DNA of 32,000 nucleotides from Desulfotalea psychrophila LSv54 (GCF_000025945.1 NC_006138.1:2220001-2252000); one strand, 5' to 3'. Counted from the first letter of the stretch, positions 1 through 9,014 are shown. Program-made: numbers and translations. Notes: generated from the letters alone by a model not told the origin.

Positions 1-1087
1 CATTACAGATCATTGAGCGTTCACGAAAATGGGCGCCGGGAATAATGGTATAGAGGGCAGGGATTTGCAGCTGGGGATGACAGACATCTATCATATAGAC
101 ATCAAAACCATTGTTCTTCAGACTATCGAGGCAATTTTTCACTTCGGTATAGATATTATCATCTGAAATATCTACCATCTCGTCAATAGTCACCTGATCT
201 GCTGTCTCGGTAAGATAGGTAACCTCGCTCATGGACAGAGGTTTAGGTAAACCGGAGGCTATATAATTGGAACCGGTATTGAAATCTCCTGCTAACTGAG
301 CTACCTCGGTGATGGCTCGAATAATGGCCTTCTCCGGATTTGGAGTAGTACCTGCCGTATAGACAATTTCACTCTTTTCAGGGAAGGTTGAGCGATCAAT
401 GGCCAGGGCACCAACGGAGGCAATTCCTGTCTCCAGGCTGAAATCATTGAGATATACTTCAATGTTATTTTTGGCAAACTTTTCAAGAAGCTCCACGGCT
501 ACGGGATCTTTAATCGTCTCTACATCGATCTTTGCCGTTGGTAGTTTATCACGGTTAATTCGAGAGCAGACATCGCGCTCGACAATCTCACAGAGACCTT
601 GAAGGGCGGCCTCTTCTTGGGTATTACCGGCTGAAGGGCCGTTGAACTCATTAATTGCAAAGAACCAGGAAAAGGGGATAAGAACCTCTCCTTCCTCACC
701 TGTCATTTTGGTGGCCCAGGTCCACTGCATGGGAATACCGGCAAGAAGTTTTTCTAACTGAGCCACGGTGGTATGGGTATCGTGCACGGATTTAAGTAGA
801 TGTTCCATGTCTAAGACGGGATAACCTGCTGCCCGCATCTCCTCATAGTCACCAAGCAAAAAATTATCTGCGTTTTTGCTAAATGAGAAAAAAGAGAATC
901 TCTCGGCAAGTTCCATACAGGCAGATGCTTCGGATTGTATGGGCGAGGCACCCTTGCCCATCTGCTTCTTTGTCCCCGTATATTGAGAGGCATCATCGCC
1001 ACAGACGCTAAAATATACAGGAATATCTAAGCGTCCATTATCAATACGACGAACTTCACTGACTATATTTATATCGAGATTTTTCAC
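1..1087 (-). CDS. YcaO-family protein, partial (runs off left edge); start uncertain, GTG at 1087 or further upstream up to ~1174
   Basis: Manual translation of the minus strand is open from 1087 to the edge. It reads ...GRLDIPVYFSVCGDDASQYTGTKKQMGKGASPIQSEASACMELAERFSFFSF...INEFNGPSAGNTQEEAALQGLCEIVERDVCSRINRDKLPTA...IVYTAGTTPNPEKAIIRAITEVAQLAGDFNTGSNY...YTIIPGAHFRERSMICN, which matches YcaO family motifs. Absent from the ORF track because it is truncated. Confidence 0.88.
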   Translation of the reverse strand, partial: MKNLDINIVSEVRRIDNGRLDIPVYFSVCGDDASQYTGTKKQMGKGASPIQSEASACMELAERFSFFSFSKNADNFLLGDYEEMRAAGYPVLDMEHLLKSVHDTHTTVAQLEKLLAGIPMQWTWATKMTGEEGEVLIPFSWFFAINEFNGPSAGNTQEEAALQGLCEIVERDVCSRINRDKLPTAKIDVETIKDPVAVELLEKFAKNNIEVYLNDFSLETGIASVGALAIDRSTFPEKSEIVYTAGTTPNPEKAIIRAITEVAQLAGDFNTGSNYIASGLPKPLSMSEVTYLTETADQVTIDEMVDISDDNIYTEVKNCLDSLKNNGFDVYMIDVCHPQLQIPALYTIIPGAHFRERSMICN

Positions 1088-1272
1088 CTTGGAATAAAAA
1101 CGTTCAAGGGTTTGTTCCCGGTGTAATTGCCTTGTCTTGATCGGTGGTAAATGTCTTATAGCAATCTTTTAATACTACTGGCTTTTTTTCCATTACTCTG
1201 CCTATTTCGTTAAGTCTAATAACTGTCTACTGCTAAATTCAGTAGTCATATACATACTCCAGGGATTCAGCC

Positions 1273-1395
1273 ATGGACGGGCAAACAACAACTGGCCAAC
1301 TCAAAAAGATCATCTCTTTAAACCCGGAGGCTAAGTCGTACGGGCCATTGTCCACGCACAACATCATCATCAATGGGGCAAAAGGCAATCAATAA
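1273..1395 (+). CDS. Possible 40-aa small ORF, divergent from the YcaO gene (MDGQTTTGQLKKIISLNPEAKSYGPLSTHNIIINGAKGNQ)
   Basis: ATG with an AGGG-like SD about 8 nt upstream, stop at about 1395. Only size and context support it. Confidence 0.25.
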   Translation: MDGQTTTGQLKKIISLNPEAKSYGPLSTHNIIINGAKGNQ

Positions 1396-1451
1396 TCCCC
1401 AAAAAAAACTTGGTCTCAGGAATAGATCGATACTCATAGAGGAGAGAACGC

Positions 1452-1937
1452 TTACTCCCCCTTCTCTCTATGCAAAAGAAATTCTTTTATCTTATGTCCC
1501 CAGGAACTTGCCTCTTTACAGGAGAAGCGCACAGCCCTGCTCTCTTCGTCTACAAAGCTTATCTGCAAATATAAACTCTGTTCAGGAATAAGATCATAGG
1601 CACGAGAGGGCCACTCTATAACGGTGAGTCCTCCACCATAAAAGTACTCCTCAAAACCAAGGTCTATTACCTCATCCTCCCCACCAAGTCGATAGAGATC
1701 CATATGATAGAGGGGGATTCGTCCCTGATATTCATGGAGGATGGCAAAGGAGGGGCTAGTCACATACTCCCTCGGATCAACTTCGAGGCCACGGGCAATA
1801 TACTGGGTCAGAGTTGTTTTACCAGCCCCTAAATCGCCCTCAAGACAAATGACATCGCCTGCCTCGGCCACATGTCCCAGGAAGAGTCCCAATATTTCTG
1901 TTTCAGCAAGAGAGCTAATATTATAAGAGAGGTCCAT
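1452..1937 (-). CDS. tsaE: tRNA threonylcarbamoyladenosine biosynthesis ATPase TsaE
   Basis: Walker A GDLGAGKTTLTQYIARGL, TSPSFAILHEY, YHMDLYRL, VIEWP motifs. Confidence 0.93.
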   Translation of the reverse strand: MDLSYNISSLAETEILGLFLGHVAEAGDVICLEGDLGAGKTTLTQYIARGLEVDPREYVTSPSFAILHEYQGRIPLYHMDLYRLGGEDEVIDLGFEEYFYGGGLTVIEWPSRAYDLIPEQSLYLQISFVDEESRAVRFSCKEASSWGHKIKEFLLHREKGE

Positions 1938-2246
1938 ATTTTTTTTGACTTAAATTAAGTTTTACACACCTTGTGAGTTTAGATAAGGCTGGATGTCGCA
2001 AGGCGTTCTTAACAGGAGAACTTTTGGTCTTTTCCTGCCAGAAAGGTTTAACTAAAAAAAGTTTTAGCACTTTCTACCTCTATATATTGCAGAACTCCAG
2101 CTTATACTTATAGCCACGGTGTTTTTTTTGGTGTATTTTAGTTGGTCGTTTATTGCTTTAACAGCTTTTTCTTCCCTTCTAGGTAAGAGAAAGAGAACAA
2201 GTCGATGTATTTTATACTGTTAACATTCTCAATACGGAGTTTATAA

Positions 2247-3530
2247 ATGGGAAAAACTATAGCTGAAAAAATTTTTGATGCCCATCTGCGTGATAAACCA
2301 TCACCAGATAACATGGTTCTTAATCTGGATGCCGTACTTTGTCACGAGATTACCACCCCTATTGCCATCATGGATCTTGTAGAAAAGGGGATGGATCAGG
2401 TCTTCGATAATACTAAAATCAAGGCCGTCATCGATCATGTCACCCCTGCTAAAGACTCTAAGACTGCCCTGCAGGGAAAAATCATGCGTGACTGGGCAAA
2501 ACGTCATGCTATTAAAGATTTTTTTGATATTGGCGCCAATGGTGTTTGCCATGCCCTCTTTCCTGAAAAGGGTTTTATCCGTCCCGGTTACACTGTTATC
2601 ATGGGTGATTCTCACACCTGTACTCACGGAGCCTTTGGCGCCTTTGCCGCAGGTGTTGGCACAACGGATCTTGAGGTGGGTATCTATAAGGGTGTCTGCT
2701 CATTCAGAACCCCAAAATCTTTGAAGATAGAGCTGAGCGGTGAGCTGCAACATGGCGTTACTGCCAAAGATGTTATCCTTGCTGTAATTAAAAGACTCAC
2801 CGTAAATGGTGGTACCGATAAGATTATAGAATTTGTCGGCCCGGTAATCGATGCTTTCAATATGGCAGAGCGTATGACCCTCTGTAATATGGCCATTGAG
2901 GCGGGTGCAACCTGTGGTATTTGCCTGCCTGATCTGGTAACAGCTGAATATCTTTGGGAGTTCATAAAGGATGACTACAGTGATATTGCTGCGGCCGTTG
3001 CAGATTTCAGTAAGTGGCACTCCGATAGTGATGCCCTCTATGTGGAAGAGATCAAAATAGATGTCTCTCCCCTCACCCCTCAGGTTACCTTTGATTTCAA
3101 ACCTGATCAGGTGAAAGATATCACTGATATGGCCGGTACCAAGGTTGATCAAATTTATATCGGCTCCTGTACCAATGGCCGTATAGAAGATCTGCGCGCG
3201 GCTGCCTCTATCCTTAAGGGCAGAACCCTGGCCACCGGGGTACGTGGTATTGTGACTCCGGCTACCCCAAAGATTTACAGCATGGCCCTTGAAGAGGGTA
3301 TCATCAAGATCTTTATGGATGCCGGCTTCTGTGTACTCAACCCCACCTGTGGGGCATGTCTTGGTATGAGCTCAGGAGTGCTGGCCGAAGGTGAGGTCTG
3401 TGCTTCCACCACCAATCGTAACTTTAACGGTCGGATGGGTAAGGGGGGAATGGTACATTTGATGAGTCCATACTCCGCAACCGTAGGGGCTGTAACCGGT
3501 ACAATAACCGATCCGCGTCAGTTTCTGTAG
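2247..3530 (+). CDS. leuC: 3-isopropylmalate dehydratase large subunit (aconitase superfamily)
   Basis: GDSHTCTHGAFGAFAAGVGTTDLEV, IGSCTNGRIEDLRAAA, NPTCGACLGMSSGVLAEGEVCASTTNRNFNGRMG. GGAG-type SD upstream. Confidence 0.9.
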   Translation: MGKTIAEKIFDAHLRDKPSPDNMVLNLDAVLCHEITTPIAIMDLVEKGMDQVFDNTKIKAVIDHVTPAKDSKTALQGKIMRDWAKRHAIKDFFDIGANGVCHALFPEKGFIRPGYTVIMGDSHTCTHGAFGAFAAGVGTTDLEVGIYKGVCSFRTPKSLKIELSGELQHGVTAKDVILAVIKRLTVNGGTDKIIEFVGPVIDAFNMAERMTLCNMAIEAGATCGICLPDLVTAEYLWEFIKDDYSDIAAAVADFSKWHSDSDALYVEEIKIDVSPLTPQVTFDFKPDQVKDITDMAGTKVDQIYIGSCTNGRIEDLRAAASILKGRTLATGVRGIVTPATPKIYSMALEEGIIKIFMDAGFCVLNPTCGACLGMSSGVLAEGEVCASTTNRNFNGRMGKGGMVHLMSPYSATVGAVTGTITDPRQFL

Positions 3531-3621
3531 GATGTCAACAGAAAGAACCCTTTTCACATACTAAGGGGGATCTTGAACTGATTCAAGGTTTCCTAAAATT
3601 TACCAAAGATAGAGGTAGTTT

Positions 3622-4149
3622 ATGAAGCAGTTTGGTGGCCCTGCAGTCCTTTTGGACAGAAACGATATTAACACAGTCGAGATTATTCCGGCAAAGTACC
3701 TAGCGGAGAGCAGCAAAACAGCCCTGCGTTCGCATCTGCTTGAAGATCTCCTTGTGGACGGCGAGCCCTTTGCATATCAGTCAACGGCCATGCAGGAAGC
3801 ACGGGTGATTGTGGCCAAAGAGAACTTTGGCTGCGGCTCATCAAGAGAGCATGCAGTATGGGCCTTTGAAGTCAACGATATCAATGTGATTATTGCCACA
3901 AGCTTTGCCCGTATTTTTCGGCAAAATATGTTCAACTGCGGCATACTTGCCATTGAGATAGAGGCAGCTGATGTAGATCGTATCTTTGCCTTGGGAGATG
4001 ATGTCCAGATTCAGGTGGATCTGGAAGCCGATAGTATGACAGCTCAGGCTGGCAATGAATCTCTTACCTGTAAATTTGCGATGAATCCCTTTGACAAGGA
4101 ACTTGTGGCCGCAGGTGGCTGGTTGGCCTACGCCGATAAAAAATATTAG
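3622..4149 (+). CDS. leuD: 3-isopropylmalate dehydratase small subunit
   Basis: NFGCGSSREHAVWAF, ATSFARIFRQNMFNCGILAIE. Directly downstream of leuC. Confidence 0.88.
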   Translation: MKQFGGPAVLLDRNDINTVEIIPAKYLAESSKTALRSHLLEDLLVDGEPFAYQSTAMQEARVIVAKENFGCGSSREHAVWAFEVNDINVIIATSFARIFRQNMFNCGILAIEIEAADVDRIFALGDDVQIQVDLEADSMTAQAGNESLTCKFAMNPFDKELVAAGGWLAYADKKY

Positions 4150-4168
4150 TCGATTAAATCTTCCATAA

Positions 4169-4207
4169 AAAAGGGCTGCATCTCCCACGGAGATGCAGCC
4201 CTTTTTA
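4169..4207 (+). terminator. Rho-independent, probably bidirectional terminator
   Basis: Perfect 18-bp stem AAAAAGGGCTGCATCTCC - CAC - GGAGATGCAGCCCTTTTT, 3-nt loop. Confidence 0.92.
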
Positions 4208-4420
4208 TGACCTCTTCTCGTAGAATTTCCCTACTCTTATCTCGAAATCCACCCTCTCTAAGGCATTGTATTACTGTTTTTGTAGCTTGCTTTCTGCCAG
4301 CCAGGTGACCTTGCAAGTCTGTCTCAAAATAGCGATACTGTAGATGTAGAGAAAAGTTGCACTCATTTGCATTTATTTTAGAGAGGGCTCTTATACGAAA
4401 AAGGGGAATGTAAATACGAT

Positions 4421-5782
4421 ATGAAAGAAAATTTAGTGTCTTTACAAACTAGACTGCTCTTTGTTCATGAAGAGAGGGATATTCGGCATCATTTTTGCGA
4501 GAATCTGTGTGCTGAAGATTTCTTGCTTAAAACTGTCCCTGATAGCAGGGAGGCGTTAAAGGTACTTAAAATATTCCCTGCAGATATTGTAATGCTTTGC
4601 ATTGTAGGGGACGGGTTAGCACTTCTTGATGAAATTCGTACCCACATCCCCGATGGGATTATCGTGGCCGTTGTGAATAATGACACCTCGAAAGAGGTGC
4701 TCAATGCCGTAAAGTTGGGAGGCTATAACTACGTATTAATGCCATTTGACTTTGGTGCGATCAGAGAATTAATCCGAAATAGGCTATTAAAGACTTCATT
4801 TGAGGGAAAAGAGCGCCGAAAAAGATATCGCTTTGAGAATCTCATTGGCCGAAATATTAAGATGCTTGATGTTTATCAGAAGGTAAACGACGTTGCAGTC
4901 GCCAATACCACTGTTCTTATCACCGGAGAAACAGGAACAGGCAAGGAGCTGGTCGCCGAGGCGATTCACTCTAGAAGTGCCAGGAAATCCGGCCCTCTGA
5001 TTCGGGTAAACTGTGCAGCCTTTACTGAAACGCTTATCAATAGCGAGCTGTTCGGTTATGAGAAAGGGGCCTTTTCAGGTGCGATGGCGCTGAAAAAAGG
5101 GTGTTTTGAACTGGCTGACAATGGAACTATTCTGTTGGATGAAATCGGTGACATCCCCCTTCAGACCCAGACCTGCCTCTTACGGCTCCTTGATTCAGGG
5201 TCCTTTCAACGTGTTGGTGGCGTTAAAACCCTGAAAACTAATTCACGGATTATTTGTGCCACCAACCTGGATCTTTGGCATATGGTTCAAGAGAAGCTTT
5301 TCAGGGAAGACCTCTTTTATCGGATCAATGTTGTTTCGATACATATGCCGCCCCTTCGGGAGAGAAAATCCGACATTCCCCTTTTGGCTAGGTACTTTTT
5401 AAAAAAATACTGTGGTCAAATTGGGAAGGACATCTCTCATATTCCCGACTCGACCATGGAGATGCTGCATCGTTATGACTGGCCGGGCAACGTAAGAGAG
5501 CTTGCCAACGTCATAGAACAGGCTGTCGTTTTTTGTAAAAGGAAGGAACTCGCCCTGCATAACCTGCCCTTGAAAGTGCGTGAAACCTCCTTGCCAAAGG
5601 CCTTTATCCTCAATCTTGCATCTCGCTCACTTCCGGATGCGGCATCTGCCCTGATACAGAATGTCCTTGCTGAGACGGGCTGGAACATGAAGCAGGCGGC
5701 GGAGAAGCTTGATATTGCCAGGGGCACCCTCTATAGCAAAATAAAAAAATACGGAATAGAAAAACCACGCTCTGGTGATTGA
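4421..5782 (+). CDS. Sigma54-dependent transcriptional activator (NtrC-like: pseudo-receiver, AAA+, Fis-type HTH)
   Basis: GETGTGKELVAEAIH, ELFGYEKGAFSGA, NGTILLDEIGDIP, FREDLFYRINV, YDWPGNVRELANVIEQA, C-terminal AAEKLDIARGTLYSKIKKYGI. Confidence 0.93.
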   Translation: MKENLVSLQTRLLFVHEERDIRHHFCENLCAEDFLLKTVPDSREALKVLKIFPADIVMLCIVGDGLALLDEIRTHIPDGIIVAVVNNDTSKEVLNAVKLGGYNYVLMPFDFGAIRELIRNRLLKTSFEGKERRKRYRFENLIGRNIKMLDVYQKVNDVAVANTTVLITGETGTGKELVAEAIHSRSARKSGPLIRVNCAAFTETLINSELFGYEKGAFSGAMALKKGCFELADNGTILLDEIGDIPLQTQTCLLRLLDSGSFQRVGGVKTLKTNSRIICATNLDLWHMVQEKLFREDLFYRINVVSIHMPPLRERKSDIPLLARYFLKKYCGQIGKDISHIPDSTMEMLHRYDWPGNVRELANVIEQAVVFCKRKELALHNLPLKVRETSLPKAFILNLASRSLPDAASALIQNVLAETGWNMKQAAEKLDIARGTLYSKIKKYGIEKPRSGD

Positions 5783-6155
5783 TTTTAACACTCGCCCCTT
5801 CTCGTCCCTCCAACACCAACTTAATTGGTACCCTATCGGCTCTCAATGGCATTTGAGAGCCTCATCATAGAGTTCAAAGAGATATTCACCATATCCCAAT
5901 CCTTATGCACATTCCTTGGTGTTTGCCCGCCCTTAAAGAATCTTTATCCTGCTGCCTATGTTGGCTTTTGCACACACCCACTGTTTTGCTTTTTGTCGTA
6001 CTCTCAACAAGTTATGAAAAAAAATCCGTTTTGCTGTCGTAAATTGAACAGAGGCAAGCGTGATCGAAGAGGTGTATTGGCCACTTTTGCGACAAACGCT
6101 GATATATAAAACGTAAAGCACTGATAATATGGTTCTAATTGTATGCTTTTAACTT

Positions 6156-6171
6156 TGGCATGGGTATTGCT
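6156..6171 (+). promoter_or_regulatory. Sigma54 (-24/-12) promoter for subunit 1
   Basis: TGGCAT-GGGTA-TTGCT. The GG and GC dinucleotides are 10 nt apart, matching TGGCAC-N5-TTGCW. Located 70-85 nt upstream of ATG 6241 and downstream of an EBP gene. Confidence 0.85.
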
Positions 6172-6240
6172 GTAAAGAAGGTAAAGCAACAGAGAGAAGG
6201 TAAAGCGACAAAAACCTTAAACACGAGAGTGGGGGATAAA

Positions 6241-6789
6241 ATGAAAAAAACATTATCAACATTTATGGCACTTGTAGTACCTATGAGCGTAGTTTTAATG
6301 GCTGGTTCGGCAATGGCAAGTAACACCGATGACCAAGCTGTTACTCTCGATGTTCAGGCTATTGAGGAACTAGAACTATCGGCTGCAGTTATTCTCACAT
6401 TCAACGCTACCAATCTTGAGGCATTTGAGGGGCCGAGGGTTTCGGGCGACTATGTAATTGGTAAGGATGATTTCCAGATCACGGATGCTAATAGCACATA
6501 TTCGGTAACGACAAACTCTCCTGATAGTCAAAAAATAACTGCCTATCTTGATACTGCCATTACCGCAGCAGATTTGAAGTTATACGTCGCGCTTGCCTCC
6601 GAGTCTGTTACTTCCGAAGGTGAGGTAGAGCTTACTTCTGTTGTTACTGCAGGTCCTGCGACTTTGGTAACTGGGTTAAAACAGATAGCGGATTTCGAGC
6701 AGGTAATTACCTACAGGGCTACTGCCACTGTTGCGACACCGGTAGCTCCTATTACCCCGGTTGTTACATTTACCCTCATAGATGCGTAG
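6241..6789 (+). CDS. Secreted subunit-like protein 1 (candidate major fibre subunit), 182 aa
   Basis: Track ORF starts at 6139, but ATG 6241 has a GGGGG-type SD and a clean signal peptide MKKTLSTFMALVVPMSVVLMAGSAMA. C-terminus VITYRATATVATPVAPITPVVTFTLIDA resembles subunit 2. Confidence 0.8.
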   Translation: MKKTLSTFMALVVPMSVVLMAGSAMASNTDDQAVTLDVQAIEELELSAAVILTFNATNLEAFEGPRVSGDYVIGKDDFQITDANSTYSVTTNSPDSQKITAYLDTAITAADLKLYVALASESVTSEGEVELTSVVTAGPATLVTGLKQIADFEQVITYRATATVATPVAPITPVVTFTLIDA

Positions 6790-6831
6790 TGATTTAGTTA
6801 AATATTATTAACCCCTCTTCTGAGGACAATG

Positions 6832-6866
6832 AAGCGGGCCCTATAAGGGCCCGCTTTAGCTTTTTG
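6832..6866 (+). terminator. Intra-locus terminator/attenuator after subunit 1
   Basis: AAGCGGGCCCT-ATA-AGGGCCCGCTT (11 bp, 3-nt loop) followed by TAGCTTTTT. Confidence 0.85.
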
Positions 6867-7118
6867 TTAAACAACTCTACGCAGAGTGTTCTTGTTTACT
6901 ATCGTCATTCTCTCCTAGTAATAAACAGCCCATCCAGTTGATTTGTAGTTCAGTTATTTCACTCAATGCTTAATGCGCGTGGGTCTTCTATTTGTTATCT
7001 GCAGCACAATAAACTCAATGTATCAGCAATTTACCTTTCTCTTTCTGCTGAAAAAGTCACAGCATTTTTTATTAACGAATTGTAATGAAGGTCAAGGTGG
7101 AATACTTTGTTTAACCTC

Positions 7119-7148
7119 TTGACTTGAAAGATATTATCATGCTTTAAT
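7119..7148 (+). promoter_or_regulatory. Possible sigma70-type promoter for subunit 2 and downstream genes
   Basis: TTGACT - 18 nt - TTTAAT, about 20 nt before ATG 7170. Confidence 0.4.
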
Positions 7149-7169
7149 TAACAAAAAAAGAGAAATTCA

Positions 7170-7655
7170 ATGAAAATATTCAAAATATTTTTGCTCACAG
7201 TAATGATGGTTATTGCTTTAAAGGAGGCCGTTTTAGCGGCGGACGTTGGCACTCAGGTGATGACTTTCACCTTTCAGCCGATTAACGAGATCATGGTCAG
7301 CGAAGAACCGAGCTTGGCTATCTCTTCTTCTGCGATTGTGGGGCAAGAACCTTCGCCGGTGACTGACAGTTCGGCCATATACGCCATAAGCACAAACGCC
7401 ACTAACAAGAAAATTACAGCCCATCTTGATACGGCCCTGCCTTCATATCTTACCTTGACTGTGAATGCTGCCGCCCCGTCAGACAGCGGCACAAGCTTGG
7501 GTGACGTGAACCTCAGCACCTCAACGTCCGCTCTTGTGACGGGTGTAGGCACTGAGGCTGTTAGCAGTCTGACAATAACTTACACGCTGAGTGCCACTGT
7601 CCAGGCAAATGTGGTTGCCACTGGCATACCTGTTATCTTTACCCTTGCGGATTGA
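7170..7655 (+). CDS. Secreted subunit-like protein 2, 161 aa
   Basis: Signal peptide MKIFKIFLLTVMMVIALKEAVLA. C-terminus LTITYTLSATVQANVVATGIPVIFTLAD is similar to the subunit 1 tail. Confidence 0.78.
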   Translation: MKIFKIFLLTVMMVIALKEAVLAADVGTQVMTFTFQPINEIMVSEEPSLAISSSAIVGQEPSPVTDSSAIYAISTNATNKKITAHLDTALPSYLTLTVNAAAPSDSGTSLGDVNLSTSTSALVTGVGTEAVSSLTITYTLSATVQANVVATGIPVIFTLAD

Positions 7656-7692
7656 GGTATCCTTTGACCCACTTCAAAAAAAGGAGGATAAA

Positions 7693-8182
7693 ATGAAGCG
7701 TGCAAGCAGACGTGCCATCATATTTTTTTTGATGTCGCTGTGTTTTGCGGTCCAGCCGGCGCACGCCGCCATATCTATCACCGTAACCGGATCATGGATT
7801 GAAAATATTGACAAGAACGACTTGGTGTCCGGAGCCGGCAGCGACCTACAAGGCACGTATACCAATGTTTCTGGAGATGTCCTCATCGATATTTCAGGCA
7901 CAAGCGATTCTTCTGATACTTGGCGCGTTGATGTGAATAAATTTGATTCTACTTGGGATAACGACCTTTATGCCTATGTGAGAAGAAACTGCTGACGGCT
8001 CAGGGGGAAGTGTCAGCGGCGGTGACTCGTATCAGCAGGTAACAGGTATGAAGACTTCCTTTTTTACCGGTTCTGGAGATGTGAGTGGCATAAAGGTGCA
8101 GTTGAAAATGAGCGGGGCCTCCATTCAGATTAGCCCCGACTCCTATTCCACCACGCTTTATTACACGGTGAGCGATACTTAG
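7693..8182 (+). pseudogene. Secreted subunit-like protein 3, interrupted by a one-nt frame change near 7986-7990
   Basis: AGGAGG SD and signal peptide MKRASRRAIIFFLMSLCFAVQPAHA. Frame 1 ends YVRRNC*. The adjacent frame continues ...DGSGGSVSGGDSYQQVTGMKTSFFTGSGDVSGIKVQLKMSGASIQISPDSYSTTLYYTVSDT*. Removing one A from AGAAGAAACT restores about 162 aa. Confidence 0.75.
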
Positions 8183-8198
8183 TAAGGGAGAGTTTTTT

Positions 8199-9014
8199 AT
8201 GAGATTAAGAAGAAAAATAAATATTTTAGTTGTGCTTTTTGTTTTGCTTCTGCCCTCTTTGGGCATGGCAAGGGTGTCGATTCCAAGCGGTTTGACCTAT
8301 GAAAAGGATGCACAGGTGGGAGGAAGCTACCGAGGGTCCATTCAGCTTCTAAACCCGGGAGAAGATCCTCAAGAGGTGAAGGTCTACCAGAGTGATTATC
8401 TTTTTTATGCTGATGGCAGTAATAGTTACGGAGAACCTGGAAAAGATGTCCGTTCCAATGCCGACTGGATAAGCTTTAGTCCCCGCCGTCTTATTATTCC
8501 AGCGGGGGGCAGTGTACAGGTCGCTTATATTGTTGATGTCCCCTCTGACCAGGTCTTGACTGGGACTTATTGGAGTCTGCTCTTGGTTGAGGGTATCTCT
8601 GCAAGTTCCCCTGAGGCAGGTAATGGCGCGAAAGGGGTGATCAGTGTGGGTATACAACAGATCATGCGATATGGTTTACAGATGATAACGAATATCGGCA
8701 ATACCGGTACCCATAGCCTCAAATTTGTGAAGACAAAGATTTTGAAAACCGACGGTAAGAGAATTTTACAAATTGATCTGGAGAACACCGGAGAAAGATG
8801 GCTTAGGCCGATCCTCTGGACCGAACTGTATGACGAAAAAAATAACTCAGTCGGAAAATTTGAAGGTGAACAGCTACGTATCTACCCTACTACTTCTGCC
8901 AGATTCAAGATTGACCTGAGCCAGGTGCCAAAGGGTACCTACAAGGCGTTAGTGGTAGCGGATGCAGGTGGTGATGACATGTTCGGAGCTAACTACACCC
9001 TGAAGTTTGACTAG
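8199..9014 (+). CDS. Periplasmic PapD-like (Ig-fold) chaperone-like protein
   Basis: Signal peptide; SGLTYEKDAQVGGSYRGSIQLLNPGEDPQEVKVYQSDY, WISFSPRRLIIPAGGSVQVAYIVDVPSD. Size and position fit. Assigned by fold-style pattern, not by a search. Confidence 0.6.
   Translation: MRLRRKINILVVLFVLLLPSLGMARVSIPSGLTYEKDAQVGGSYRGSIQLLNPGEDPQEVKVYQSDYLFYADGSNSYGEPGKDVRSNADWISFSPRRLIIPAGGSVQVAYIVDVPSDQVLTGTYWSLLLVEGISASSPEAGNGAKGVISVGIQQIMRYGLQMITNIGNTGTHSLKFVKTKILKTDGKRILQIDLENTGERWLRPILWTELYDEKNNSVGKFEGEQLRIYPTTSARFKIDLSQVPKGTYKALVVADAGGDDMFGANYTLKFD

Noticed and set aside
2120-2150. Sigma54-like TTGGTCGTTTATTGCT upstream of leuC
   Set aside because: GG-to-GC spacing is 9 nt rather than 10 and the -24 box is poor.
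4355-4375. TTGCACTCATTTGCA upstream of the EBP as an autoregulatory sigma54 promoter
   Set aside because: Lacks the GG dinucleotide and the spacing to TTGC is one nt short.
5825-6109. 94-aa plus-strand ORF between the EBP and subunit 1
   Set aside because: No signal peptide, SD or motif; lies in the presumed regulatory region of the sigma54 promoter.
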